Shown here: in pieces, positions 1 through 9,015 of the stretch | Layout of the letters: every line of letters begins with the position of its first letter | Numbering within the stretch: position 1 is the first letter of the stretch | NCBI GenBank assembly: GCA_007376635.1 | Contig: VMGQ01000010.1 | Span: forward strand, 1-35,073 | DNA: 35,073 nt | Source of the DNA: Candidatus Peregrinibacteria bacterium Greene1014_49 | GTDB lineage: Bacteria > Patescibacteriota > Gracilibacteria > Peribacterales > Peribacteraceae | Direction of reading: 5' to 3' | Translations under genes and position numbers: made by a program | Notes under the pieces: generated by a model | Database searches by the model: none | What the model was told of the DNA's origin: nothing | The model's input: only the letters and a program-made list of their open reading frames with translations

Positions 1-122
1 GGAGACGCACTTTTTTTGGGCATGCAGAATTGGGAAGAGAATAACTCTTACCCTAGCCTAAAAGTCCGAGAATCATCTCTCATTATTTCCCTATAAACCA
101 ATTTTTCTGGAAATACGTAGTC

Positions 123-572
123 CTATACATCTCCGCTTTGCGTGCAGGAGAGGGAAGCATATTCAATACCTCGATCGTCAAGTTCCTGACGAAGTACCAA
201 GTCACCCGAAGCCATATCCGTAACGTAGTCCTCGACAGCTTGTCCGATCATCTTGATACAAGACTGCACTACATTGCGGTCACAAAGATCCTTATATATT
301 TGATGAGCTAAAGAAACCGAAATGATACCCGTGAATACAGTGGGCGCTATCCATTGTTGGTTGCCAAAAGCAACAAGAAGGGAGGAGAACATAGTGGCAT
401 TGGCATTGATAAGGAGATCGGACACCAAGGCGCGAATTTTGATGCAGATTTGCCTATGGCAGCGAGCATGAATGTCCAGCACTTCGCAAAAATGTTCACA
501 ATGCACATCACCAGCATCCGCACCCCGTGCAGCAAGAACTTGAGCCCGATGAATATCCTCTCTGGATCGCAT
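123..572 (-). CDS. hypothetical protein (149 aa), no recognisable domain
   Basis: ATG at 572. A TAGGAT hexamer (plus 581-586) lies 8 nt upstream, with a second copy as TGcTAGGAT (588-596). Same strand as the helicase gene and 58 nt downstream of it. Central hydrophobic stretch MFSSLLVAFGNQQWIAPTVFTGIISVSLA. No motif recognised. Confidence 0.45.
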   Translation of the reverse strand: MRSREDIHRAQVLAARGADAGDVHCEHFCEVLDIHARCHRQICIKIRALVSDLLINANATMFSSLLVAFGNQQWIAPTVFTGIISVSLAHQIYKDLCDRNVVQSCIKMIGQAVEDYVTDMASGDLVLRQELDDRGIEYASLSCTQSGDV

Positions 573-630
573 GGCCGGACATCCTAGATCCTAGCACTGT
601 TTTGAAAAGCCATATTCTCGAGTAATTTTC

Positions 631-3600
631 CTATACTACGAGTATCAGCTTCTTTTCTTTTTCCAAATCTCCTGGTTTCACTGCAATCGGTGTGAAGTCC
701 AGTGCCGTTATTTTTCCCCAAACCTCTCGGATCAGCTTCCTCAGATCATCTTTCTCTTTTTCTGTAACGCCAAACTGGCGCGTGACCGGATCTTCACCGC
801 GCTCACCGATGAACTCGACTGCAAATGCCTGCGGGGCAAGAAGTGGTTCGGCTTCTTCTAGAAGCAATGCATAGAACGCCATCTGCCGGAAAATGCTGCC
901 GTCCATCGTGCGCGATACGAAGCCTTCCTCAAGCCCTCCGCGGATATCATTCATGGACTTCGGAGCGCCGGTTTTATAATCAATGATAATGACATCGGCG
1001 GACGATTCTGCAACCTGATCGATGCGATCAATCTTTCCCTTTAGAGGAATACTCTCGCCGCCTTTGCTCTTCAATGCGATGTGTCCGCGGTAATCGCGTT
1101 CCACGGCATAGAGAACAGGCAATGTTCCCTGCAATCGCTGGATATAGTATTTTGCAAGGGCGCCTTTCGCCTGTGAAAGCAGATCGCGTTTTTGGAGTTC
1201 CGTGAGGATGGTGTGTTCCTGCAAGTAGGATGCAAAAGAAGCGACGAATTCTTTTTCGGTAAACGGCTCGCGCTTCTGAATGGCATACGCCCACTCCCGC
1301 AACGCCCAGTGCGTCGCAGATCCATAACCGAAGGCACGTAGTTCACTTTCCGTAAATTCCTCGGGTTGCTGCAGAAGATCAATGCGCAGAAATTCCTGCG
1401 GATCTTTCAGGAAACGTGTAAGCGATGTCGCTGAAAGCGCGAAATTTTCAAGTCGCTCATGCAGATACGCACGAAGTTCGGCATCATGATCAGATTTCGG
1501 CGGAAGCAGAAGGAGTGAGGACTGATCAGGATCACGGAGAGAACGATCTTCCTCCGGAAGCGGTCCGGCTTCAGCAAAAAACGCTGATGGAGCAACAGTG
1601 CGAATACGTTCGCCGACAGAAAACTCTTTTGGACAGATCATGATCAATTCTCGTTTAGCCCTCGTCATAGCGACATAAGCGACTCTGCGTTCATCCTGGT
1701 GCTTCTCGAAGCGTTTCTGTTCAGTCTCCCATCCGAAGAGCAAATCCTCCGGAATGGAAAGCCCTGAGGGGCTGCGGCGTTCATCCCAGTGCCCATCGCG
1801 GAAGCTGCTCAAGATCACCGCCTGGAATTCAAGACCTTTGCTTTGGTGTGCCGTGAGGAGTGCTACGCCCTCGGATACGAGATGCGGGATTTGATAGGTA
1901 AGACGAACCTGGCTGAATGCCTCGTCGCGGAAGAATTGCAGCTCTTCAATGAATTGCCGAAGCATGAAATCCGGAGTTTCCAGAGAGCGTTGCTTCACGT
2001 ACTGGAAGAATGCTTCGATGACCGCAAGATCGATGGGATCAATCGTACAGGCAGAAGCGGAAATTCCCGAAAGCCTCAGGGCAGTTTCCACAGTGAGAAG
2101 CACCGTGCGCGATTCCTGCTTCAAGCGAAGATCGAGGAGCGTATCTCTGGCATGGATGAGTTTTTCGCGATCGGCAAATGGGAGCGAGGAAGCTTCGATA
2201 TCGAGGAGGATGTCTCCGATCGGACGCTTCTGCTCGCGCGCCGCCTGGGAAATTCTCCCGAGATCCGAAACGGCGCATCCAAATGTGTCGCACGCCATCG
2301 CCTGAAGGAGAAGTGTATCGCTTGAGCCTTGCGCACACCGGAGCATCAGCAACACCTGCATGACCAGAGGATGGGTGAGTAAATCTGCTTTTCCGTGGAG
2401 AATGACTGGAATGCCACGCGCGCGAAGCACGTCGTAGATCGGGCGCAGTTCATGATTCGTTTGTGTAAGAACGGCAATTTCTTTAAGAGGAATACTTTTC
2501 TTCAATTGCTCCTCAATGCAATCGGCAATAAGCCATGGCTCTGCTGCATCGGAGGGAGATCGCAGAAGCAGCGGATCTGAGCCCTTGTCTTTCGTATGCG
2601 CCACAAGATCTTTGTGAAGATCTGGAATTCTGCCGACCAGGCGCTCTTCGTTATGAGCAATGAGACGACCGGCGGCATCGAGGATTGTCTGCGTCGAACG
2701 GTAACTGGTTTTGAGCACGATGACCGGAGCCTTGGGAAACCGGTCGCGAAACTGCATCAGATGCTCGATATTTGCACCCTGGAACCGATAGATCGCCTGA
2801 TCGTCATCGCCGACGAGGAAGAAATTCGGCTCGTTTGGACTCGCGTCATACGTGGTAAGGCGCTCGATGACTTTCCACTGCGCGCCATTTAAATCCTGCG
2901 CCTCATCGACCAGAATGTACTGATACAGCTCCTGGTAGCCTTGCAGGAGCCAGTCTTCCTCACGGAGAGCCTTGGAAACGACCAAGATCATGTCATCATA
3001 GTCATAGGCACCATGCTTAGAGCAATACTCTTGGTAACGCGCGAAGAGATCAACGAAATCCCGAAATTTTTTCGCCTGCAAGAGATTTTTCACGTGCTGC
3101 TTCGTCGTCGGCTTGCTCTTCTTCGCCATGAGAGCGTCATAGTCCTTCGCAACGCGTTCTAAATCATCGAGGGTTTTCCCTTCCCTCTTGCATTCGCTGA
3201 TTCTGCCGAGGATTGCCGGAATCCTCTCGTACGGATTTTTTGCGTTGATGAGAGCAGAAGAATCACTGATCTGATCAATGATCCCCTGCATCGCCTGGTA
3301 CTTTCTCACATCGGATAGATGCTTTCCTGTATCCCAATCGGAAAATACCGTCGCATTGCGCTTGATGATCGCATCGCAAAACCCATGGACGGTGTTCACC
3401 GTCACGCTGTACGCATCTGATCCAATGAGCGAGCGAAGACGCTCGCGCATGGCTGTCGCCCCGGATGTGGAAAAGGTGAGACAGAGGATGTTACTCGGGC
3501 GTGCATGCGTTTTGCTGAGAATATTCGCCGTACGCATAGCAAGGACTTGTGTTTTTCCCGTACCGGGGCCAGCGATGACCATGACCGGTCCTTCGATCGT

Positions 3601-3657
3601 ATCGACTGCGAGTTTTTGATCGGGATTGAGGTGGAGGTATTGCTCGGTAAAAGACAT
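631..3657 (-). CDS. UvrD/PcrA-family superfamily-1 DNA helicase with C-terminal PD-(D/E)XK (RecB/AddA-like) nuclease domain
   Basis: Walker A IAGPGTGKTQ, Walker B ILVDEAQDLNG, VGDDDQAIYRFQGA, TSYRS, VAMTRAKREL. C-terminal nuclease motif GKIDRID...IIIDYKTG. I trimmed the start to ATG 3657 (MSFTEQYLHLNPDQ). The ORF-track extension to 4008 lies opposite the DUF378 gene and has no helicase similarity. Confidence 0.9.
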   Translation of the reverse strand: MSFTEQYLHLNPDQKLAVDTIEGPVMVIAGPGTGKTQVLAMRTANILSKTHARPSNILCLTFSTSGATAMRERLRSLIGSDAYSVTVNTVHGFCDAIIKRNATVFSDWDTGKHLSDVRKYQAMQGIIDQISDSSALINAKNPYERIPAILGRISECKREGKTLDDLERVAKDYDALMAKKSKPTTKQHVKNLLQAKKFRDFVDLFARYQEYCSKHGAYDYDDMILVVSKALREEDWLLQGYQELYQYILVDEAQDLNGAQWKVIERLTTYDASPNEPNFFLVGDDDQAIYRFQGANIEHLMQFRDRFPKAPVIVLKTSYRSTQTILDAAGRLIAHNEERLVGRIPDLHKDLVAHTKDKGSDPLLLRSPSDAAEPWLIADCIEEQLKKSIPLKEIAVLTQTNHELRPIYDVLRARGIPVILHGKADLLTHPLVMQVLLMLRCAQGSSDTLLLQAMACDTFGCAVSDLGRISQAAREQKRPIGDILLDIEASSLPFADREKLIHARDTLLDLRLKQESRTVLLTVETALRLSGISASACTIDPIDLAVIEAFFQYVKQRSLETPDFMLRQFIEELQFFRDEAFSQVRLTYQIPHLVSEGVALLTAHQSKGLEFQAVILSSFRDGHWDERRSPSGLSIPEDLLFGWETEQKRFEKHQDERRVAYVAMTRAKRELIMICPKEFSVGERIRTVAPSAFFAEAGPLPEEDRSLRDPDQSSLLLLPPKSDHDAELRAYLHERLENFALSATSLTRFLKDPQEFLRIDLLQQPEEFTESELRAFGYGSATHWALREWAYAIQKREPFTEKEFVASFASYLQEHTILTELQKRDLLSQAKGALAKYYIQRLQGTLPVLYAVERDYRGHIALKSKGGESIPLKGKIDRIDQVAESSADVIIIDYKTGAPKSMNDIRGGLEEGFVSRTMDGSIFRQMAFYALLLEEAEPLLAPQAFAVEFIGERGEDPVTRQFGVTEKEKDDLRKLIREVWGKITALDFTPIAVKPGDLEKEKKLILVV

Positions 3658-3663
3658 GCCAAA

Positions 3664-3672
3664 ATGGTAACA
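3664..3672 (-). promoter_or_regulatory. extended -10 (TGtTACCAT) 6 nt upstream of the helicase ATG
   Basis: The minus-strand sequence reads TGTTACCAT TTTGGC ATG. No Shine-Dalgarno site is present. Confidence 0.4.
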
Positions 3673-3733
3673 CGAATCAAGAACACAAAATTTGTTCTTC
3701 TCAAGGCAATCTGCTCTTGTATTCCATGGTGAA

Positions 3734-3742
3734 TGATAGAAT
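3734..3742 (+). promoter_or_regulatory. extended -10 (TGaTAGAAT) upstream of the DUF378 gene
   Basis: TGATAGAAT at 3734-3742 sits 39 nt before ATG 3782. The intervening leader is CT-rich with no SD. Confidence 0.3.
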
Positions 3743-3781
3743 CCGACTGAGAATTTTCTATTCCTTTTCTCCTTTCTCCTT

Positions 3782-4021
3782 ATGGGTTGTTGCTCCTCTG
3801 GCGGCTGTAAAGGCTGCGAAGTCGGTTTTATCCTCGTCATGATCGGTGCTCTCAACTGGGGACTCATCGGTCTCGGCGGTTTCCTTGGGCGTGACTTGAA
3901 TGTCGTCCACATGCTTCTCGGAACCTGGCCAGCAGTGGAATCCATTGTGTATCTGCTCGTCGGAGTCGCTGCACTCGCGAAGATTTTAAATCTCTGCAAG
4001 TGCTGCAAGAAAACTGCTTAA
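3782..4021 (+). CDS. DUF378-family small membrane protein (79 aa) with Cys-rich N and C termini
   Basis: Core ILVMIGALNWGLIGLGGFLGRDLNVVHMLLG...ESIVYLLVGVAALAKI matches the DUF378 signature (GALNWGLVG ... VYxLVGxAAL). Termini are MGCCSSGGCKGC and CKCCKK. A hairpin plus T-run follows the gene. Confidence 0.8.
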   Translation: MGCCSSGGCKGCEVGFILVMIGALNWGLIGLGGFLGRDLNVVHMLLGTWPAVESIVYLLVGVAALAKILNLCKCCKKTA

Positions 4022-4043
4022 TAGTTTTGTAACCGATGAAAAT

Positions 4044-4074
4044 AGCCTTCCGATGAGCGGGAGGCTGTTTTTTT
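4044..4074. terminator. putative bidirectional intrinsic terminator between convergent DUF378 gene and rpoD
   Basis: Stem AGCCTTCC (4044-4051) pairs with GGGAGGCT (4059-4066): 8 bp including one G-T pair, 7-nt loop. It is followed by TGTTTTTTT on the plus strand and preceded by AAAA, which gives a U-run on the minus strand. Confidence 0.55.
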
Positions 4075-5485
4075 AAAACTTTCCCAATTCATACGCACAC
4101 CGATCACACTTCCTATAGGGCTTCCCTTCTCTGATCAAATCCACCAGCGTTCCCTTCCTACATTGCGGACATTCACGGATGGAGAGAGATCTTGGATGAT
4201 CGCGCATTTTCTGGAGCACTTTTGCCTCGATCTGACGGATACGCTCGCGCGTGACGCCGAATTCCTTGCCGACTTCCTCGAGGGTGTGACCTATCCCATC
4301 CTTCAACCCGAAACGCATTTCGATAATCTTGCGTTCGCGCGGAGTGAGGAATTCAAGCATCGCATGAACATTTTCTTTCCTGAGCTGCCGGTTTGTGGCC
4401 TCGAAGGGGTTCACTGCTTCTTCGTCTTCGATGAAATCGCCGAGCTTGGAGTCTTCCTCGGAACCGACCGGAGACTCAAGCGAGATGATGTCCTGGCTGA
4501 TTTTCTGGATATGGCGGACTTTCTTGATGTCCATCGCCATTTCCACAGAGAGTTCCTCGACTGTCGGCTCACGACCGAGCTCCTGAACCAATCTGCGCTG
4601 TGTATGCGTGAGTTTATTGATCGTTTCTACCATGTGCACGGGGATACGGATGGTACGTGCCTGATCGGCAATCGCTCGTGTAATAGCTTGCCGAATCCAC
4701 CATGTGGCGTAGGTCGAGAACTTAAATCCCCGCTCCGGATCGAACTTTTCGACGGCTCGGAAAAGCCCGATGTTGCCCTCTTGGATGAGATCAAGGAACG
4801 ATAGCCCACGTCCTATATATTTCTTTGCAATACTCACGACAAGACGAAGGTTTGCTTCTGCAAGTTGCTGCTTGGCCGATGCATCGCCTTTGCGGATACG
4901 CCTGGCAAGCTCCACTTCCTTACGACCGTCGATGAGCGGCACACGGCCGATCTCCGAGAGATACATACGAACGGAGTCGTTGCTGATTTCAAGAAGATCC
5001 ACTTCCCGTTCCTTACGACGTTTCTGTTTCTCCTCCACACTCTCCTCCTTTTCATCGATGGCGATACCGGCCGTCGCCACCATCTGAAGCATGTCATCAT
5101 CTTCGTCATCCACTTTTCCCGCAACAGATTCCTCCTCGTCGGCTTCGGCCTCGGCCTCTTCCTCACTTTCTTCTTCATTGGTTTCCACACCGGCTGCGAC
5201 GATTTCCGTAAGATCCTGGGTCGGCTCTTCGGTCTTCCCTTTCTTCTCCCAGATAAGAGCATCCTGAACATCGATGACCTGAATCCCGAGATCCGTGAGA
5301 AGTGTGTAGATTTCATCAAGGAGTTCCACATTTTCTTCGGCGTTCGGAACTACAGACATAATTTCCTGATGGGTCACATAACGCTGCTCGCGACCTTTTT
5401 TTATCAAATGTTTGACTGAATCAGGAAATTTCTTCAAGTCGTCATCCGTCGGCTGGGCGATGAATTTACGGGGATGGGAGGCCAT
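4073..5485 (-). CDS. rpoD: primary RNA polymerase sigma-70 factor RpoD with extra C-terminal zinc-ribbon
   Basis: Region 2 [54 protein letters not shown], region 3 [13 protein letters not shown], region 4 [27 protein letters not shown]. Acidic spacer [18 protein letters not shown] at 5485 (MASHPRKF); the track start at 5539 is a TTG. The tail ECPQCRKG...[13 protein letters not shown] lies beyond the normal sigma end. Confidence 0.93.
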   Translation of the reverse strand: MASHPRKFIAQPTDDDLKKFPDSVKHLIKKGREQRYVTHQEIMSVVPNAEENVELLDEIYTLLTDLGIQVIDVQDALIWEKKGKTEEPTQDLTEIVAAGVETNEEESEEEAEAEADEEESVAGKVDDEDDDMLQMVATAGIAIDEKEESVEEKQKRRKEREVDLLEISNDSVRMYLSEIGRVPLIDGRKEVELARRIRKGDASAKQQLAEANLRLVVSIAKKYIGRGLSFLDLIQEGNIGLFRAVEKFDPERGFKFSTYATWWIRQAITRAIADQARTIRIPVHMVETINKLTHTQRRLVQELGREPTVEELSVEMAMDIKKVRHIQKISQDIISLESPVGSEEDSKLGDFIEDEEAVNPFEATNRQLRKENVHAMLEFLTPRERKIIEMRFGLKDGIGHTLEEVGKEFGVTRERIRQIEAKVLQKMRDHPRSLSIRECPQCRKGTLVDLIREGKPYRKCDRCAYELGKF

Positions 5486-5567
5486 AGTGCAGGTACGGGC
5501 TATCAAACCCGTCGCGGGACAGCCTACAGGGGATTCCAAGCAAGGAAAAGCGGTATTTGAGTATTAT

Positions 5568-7307
5568 TTATCCCGCCATTTTACTCAGCTTCAATATCTG
5601 CTGATACTGTGTCGACAAGTGCGCTTCGTCCGTCACTTTCCCCTCTCTGCGGGCAATCGCAAGCTTTGCCATCACATCGCGCTGTTTGATGAGGATGGTT
5701 GCGCGATTGGCCTGCTGGCAATTGTTGCGGATTTCATTGGCAGCAAGACTCTCAGACCATTCATGGAATCCATGCTGCTCACAAAAAAGCAAAAGCACGG
5801 CCAACCGTTCGGCATGCTCGGGAGAAAGAGCGGGTTCCGATTCCAGAGCAGCCGTAAGTGCTGTGTGGAGCGCTGCACCGAAGGAATCGTCTGGAGGGAT
5901 CAACTCGGGAAGGAATTTCCGTAATTTCGGATAAAGCGTAAAGAGCGCAAGTGCTATCTGTGCTGGAGAAAAGAGCGATGGAGCAGCCGTTACGGTCGCT
6001 GTCATCGGATGTTTGAGGACAATACGAGGAGGAGTCTGCCCCGTAAGCATGCGGCCGAGATCTTCCTTGAGCGCAGTTTCCGTTGTTCCGAATATTGCAG
6101 CAAAAGATGCGACGTAGTGCTCACGCTCGACTGCTGTAGGAAGAGCCGCAAGCAATGTTAATGCTCGCTGAAGTTCTTGTCTTTTCTCTTCAGGGCGCGA
6201 AAAATTTTTCCCACGCATCCGGAATAATGCGAGTTCAAGATAAGGACGCGCATCATCGGTGATACGCTTTTTCAGATCTTCAGCATCTGCCTGGACCGCC
6301 TCATCCGGATCTTTTGCGGTGATTTCCGCGGCGAGAACCATGATCCCTTCTTTGCTTAAGAGGAGAAATGCACGCTCGGCTGCTTCCTGGCCAGCACGAT
6401 CCGCATCGAGGCAGAGAACAACGGCGTCTGCACCCCGCTTGAGAATGCGGGCATGCTCTTCTGTGAGAGCCGTGCCGCTTACCGCTACAACATTTTTAAT
6501 CCCGATTTTATGACAGGCGACCACATCGAAGTATCCCTCCACCATGATCACGCGCTTCGTCTCGCGAATAGCTTCGCGCGCTAAATGCAGCCCGAAGAGA
6601 ATGCTGCTTTTTTTATAGAGAGGGCCTTCCGAAGAATTGATGTACTTTGCGTCATCCTCACTGAGGGTACGGCCACCAAATGCCACGATCCGCCCCTGGA
6701 CATCGCTAATGGGAAACATCAGACGGTTGCGGAAACGATCGTAGATACGCTCTTCGGAAAGTTCCTTTTGAACTCCAAGTCCTGCAGCAATGATTTCCTT
6801 CCTGCTAAAGCCCTCTTTCAATAAAAATTGATACGTGTCGCTGAAAGAATCGGGTGCAAATCCTATGCCGAATGTTTCGATAAGCTCTGTAGGAACTCCT
6901 CTCTTCTCGATATACTTCGTCGCAAGATCGGAGGACTGTAGATTCCTGCGAAAGAATTTCTGCGCTGCATCAATGCATTCACGTAGCCGCTCTTTCTCGT
7001 CTTTGTCGACAATCGGCGCGTCACTGCGCTTCGGTAAGGGGACACCAGTGCGCTCGGCAAGCTCACGGATCGCCTGCGGAAAATCCACGTTCTCGATTTT
7101 TTGGTAGAACGAGAAAATGTCTCCGCCGGAGTTGCACGCAAAGCAGTACGCGATCCCCTTGTCCGGGGAAATCAGGAAGCTCGGATGCTTGTCGTTGTGA
7201 AACGGGCAGAGCGAAACGAAGCTTCTGCCCTTGGGCTTCATCTGCACATATTGCCCGACGAGCTGCTCGATCGAGAGACGCGCTTTGATTTCAGAGACGG
7301 GATCCAT
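5568..7307 (-). CDS. dnaG: DNA primase DnaG
   Basis: CHC2 zinc finger CPFHNDKHPSF...YCFACNSGGD. RNA-polymerase core GFGFAPD, FRNRLMFPI. TOPRIM VIMVEGYFDV and LCLDADRAGQEAA. Classic dnaG-rpoD order. Confidence 0.93.
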   Translation of the reverse strand: MDPVSEIKARLSIEQLVGQYVQMKPKGRSFVSLCPFHNDKHPSFLISPDKGIAYCFACNSGGDIFSFYQKIENVDFPQAIRELAERTGVPLPKRSDAPIVDKDEKERLRECIDAAQKFFRRNLQSSDLATKYIEKRGVPTELIETFGIGFAPDSFSDTYQFLLKEGFSRKEIIAAGLGVQKELSEERIYDRFRNRLMFPISDVQGRIVAFGGRTLSEDDAKYINSSEGPLYKKSSILFGLHLAREAIRETKRVIMVEGYFDVVACHKIGIKNVVAVSGTALTEEHARILKRGADAVVLCLDADRAGQEAAERAFLLLSKEGIMVLAAEITAKDPDEAVQADAEDLKKRITDDARPYLELALFRMRGKNFSRPEEKRQELQRALTLLAALPTAVEREHYVASFAAIFGTTETALKEDLGRMLTGQTPPRIVLKHPMTATVTAAPSLFSPAQIALALFTLYPKLRKFLPELIPPDDSFGAALHTALTAALESEPALSPEHAERLAVLLLFCEQHGFHEWSESLAANEIRNNCQQANRATILIKQRDVMAKLAIARREGKVTDEAHLSTQYQQILKLSKMAG

Positions 7308-7315
7308 GGGAAGGG

Positions 7316-7321
7316 ATTATA
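7316..7321 (-). promoter_or_regulatory. -10 hexamer TATAAT 8 nt upstream of the dnaG ATG
   Basis: The minus strand reads ATCACA-17 nt-TATAAT-CCCTTCCC-ATG. No SD is present. Confidence 0.4.
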
Positions 7322-7356
7322 GAGGGGAAAATTCCGAATGTGATTGACATCGTCCT

Positions 7357-7420
7357 GGTAGAGACGGCACGTTGTGCCGTCTCACTTGGACCGGAGACGG
7401 CATACCATGCCGTCTCTACC
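7357..7420. repeat. double palindrome: two adjacent 10-bp-stem / 3-nt-loop hairpins sharing the arm GAGACGGCA
   Basis: GGTA GAGACGGCAC gtt GTGCCGTCTC acttggaccg GAGACGGCAT acc ATGCCGTCTC TACC. The outer GGTAGAGACGGCA and TGCCGTCTCTACC arms can also pair. It lies between the rsmF-like stop (7454) and the dnaG promoter. Confidence 0.8.
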
Positions 7421-7453
7421 GCAAGCGATTCCGGCGTTTTCCATTTTACTCAT

Positions 7454-8926
7454 TTACGATCCCCGTAATTGCACAATCCACCGCGATAACCGATTCTTCA
7501 AAAATCCTTCTTTGGCAAGACCTCTTCCAATTGCCAAATTATTCCAATGCAAAATCATATCTCCCTCTACATCCTCTCGGCATTCGATATTCTGCCCTTC
7601 CAATAATTCCTGTAATTCCGCATCGTTCACGATAAGTATTCCCTGCAACGCATCCATGCCACGTGCTGAAGCCAATTCATCGGTGATCCGGAAACGGCCA
7701 TCTTTGAGTCCTTTTGCATACGGCAAGCCCATGCCGTAGTCGACAATCGGCATCGGGAGTGATGCAGCGACCTCGGTAGTCAGTAATACCAAATCACCGC
7801 GATGCACGAGCAGCTCTCCTTCGCGAACAAAATCTGTCCCATACATATCCGATATTCTTTTGCGGATTTCTGCTTCGGTGCTCCGTGGAAAGCGTTCCTC
7901 GCGACGTGGAACCGATGGAACACGTTCGATGCGCCGGGTCGGAGCGGTCTTGCGAAGAACAGCGCAGAAGAAACCTTCGGTGTCGTAGGTCTGGGGCCAA
8001 ATGCGGAGAAGGGGGCAGGGGGTAGCGTGCAAGAAGCAGCCTTCTTTGGTGAGATATTCCTGAACGGTATGCGAGTCTTCTATGGCTCGTTCAAACAATA
8101 ACTGTTCCTTGCCCCCTTCTAATTGCCCCCTCGGATCGATGACCTCCAACTGATCACAAAATTTGTTCATTGTATTCAGCACCACTCCCTCATTTTCTTC
8201 CGGAGTAAGCGTGCATGTGGAGTACACGATTGTGCCACCGACTTTGGTCGCATGGATCGCCGCCTCGAGAAGTTCCATCTGCAGCCGCGCCATCTTCGCG
8301 ATATTTTCTGATCCGCAAAAATTCAGCGCATCGCTGTCTTTGCGCACCGTTCCCTGAGCCGTGCACGGCGCATCGCAGAGCACACGATCAAATTGCTCCG
8401 TCATCTGCTTCCCGAACCACTGTCCGACCTTCTTTGTGAGAATGACATTCGTCACTCCGGAGCGCTGGCACGCAGTGTTTAATGTCCACATGCGTTTTTC
8501 TTGAACTTCATTGGCAACGATGAGTCCCCTACCGCTCATCGCCGCGGCAATTTGTGTCGTCTTGCTCCCCGGTGCAGCGCACATATCGAGTACGGCCTCG
8601 CCGGGCTTGGCTCCAAGCATAACCGGAGGCAGCATCGAGGATGCTTCTTGCAGATACACATGACCGAGGAGATGCAGGAGATCTTTACCAAGGGCTTCGG
8701 TGCGATCCTCTCTGTCGATAAAAAATCCTTCAGGACACCAAGGAACTGGTGTTAGCTTCCATCCTTGTTCGGATGCGCGATGCAGAACTTCCTCGACCGT
8801 CGTCTTAAGGGTATTCACTCGGATACATTTTCGCAGGGGGCGAGCACTTGCAGCTTTCAAGGCAACAAGATCGGTAAAGGGGGCGTAGCGGTCAAGGGGG
8901 ATGAAGAGATTTGAAGACACTGCCAT
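7454..8926 (-). CDS. rsmF: NOL1/NOP2/Sun-family rRNA cytosine-C5 methyltransferase, RsmF-like architecture
   Basis: SAM pocket VLDMCAAPGSKTTQIA. Catalytic motifs DRVLCDAPCTAQGTVRKD and IVYSTCTLTPEENE. No N-terminal NusB-like domain. A C-terminal extra domain ends in GFLKNRLSRW, as in RsmF/YebU. Confidence 0.8.
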   Translation of the reverse strand: MAVSSNLFIPLDRYAPFTDLVALKAASARPLRKCIRVNTLKTTVEEVLHRASEQGWKLTPVPWCPEGFFIDREDRTEALGKDLLHLLGHVYLQEASSMLPPVMLGAKPGEAVLDMCAAPGSKTTQIAAAMSGRGLIVANEVQEKRMWTLNTACQRSGVTNVILTKKVGQWFGKQMTEQFDRVLCDAPCTAQGTVRKDSDALNFCGSENIAKMARLQMELLEAAIHATKVGGTIVYSTCTLTPEENEGVVLNTMNKFCDQLEVIDPRGQLEGGKEQLLFERAIEDSHTVQEYLTKEGCFLHATPCPLLRIWPQTYDTEGFFCAVLRKTAPTRRIERVPSVPRREERFPRSTEAEIRKRISDMYGTDFVREGELLVHRGDLVLLTTEVAASLPMPIVDYGMGLPYAKGLKDGRFRITDELASARGMDALQGILIVNDAELQELLEGQNIECREDVEGDMILHWNNLAIGRGLAKEGFLKNRLSRWIVQLRGS

Positions 8927-8981
8927 ACTGTAGCAATGTTCGGATTGAGGAATGGTATTTACATAAAATGAATGAACTCAC

Positions 8982-9009
8982 TTGTCAATATCCCACCAAT
9001 TTGTAGTAT
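8982..9009 (+). promoter_or_regulatory. putative promoter: -35 TTGTCA, 16-nt spacer, -10 TAGTAT, 6 nt before ATG 9016
   Basis: The hexamers were read directly from the sequence. The start codon sits at the expected transcription start distance, a leaderless arrangement. Confidence 0.4.
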
Positions 9010-9015
9010 GAAACT

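Noticed and set aside
3658-4008. 117-codon N-terminal extension of the helicase ORF
   Set aside because: It has no helicase similarity and is Pro/Arg-rich. It overlaps the well-supported DUF378 gene on the other strand. ATG 3657 has a -10 box at leaderless distance.
4163-5419. Several 165-213-aa ORFs on both strands inside rpoD
   Set aside because: They overlap the unambiguous sigma-70 frame. They arise from the GAA/GAG-rich acidic spacer and its complement.
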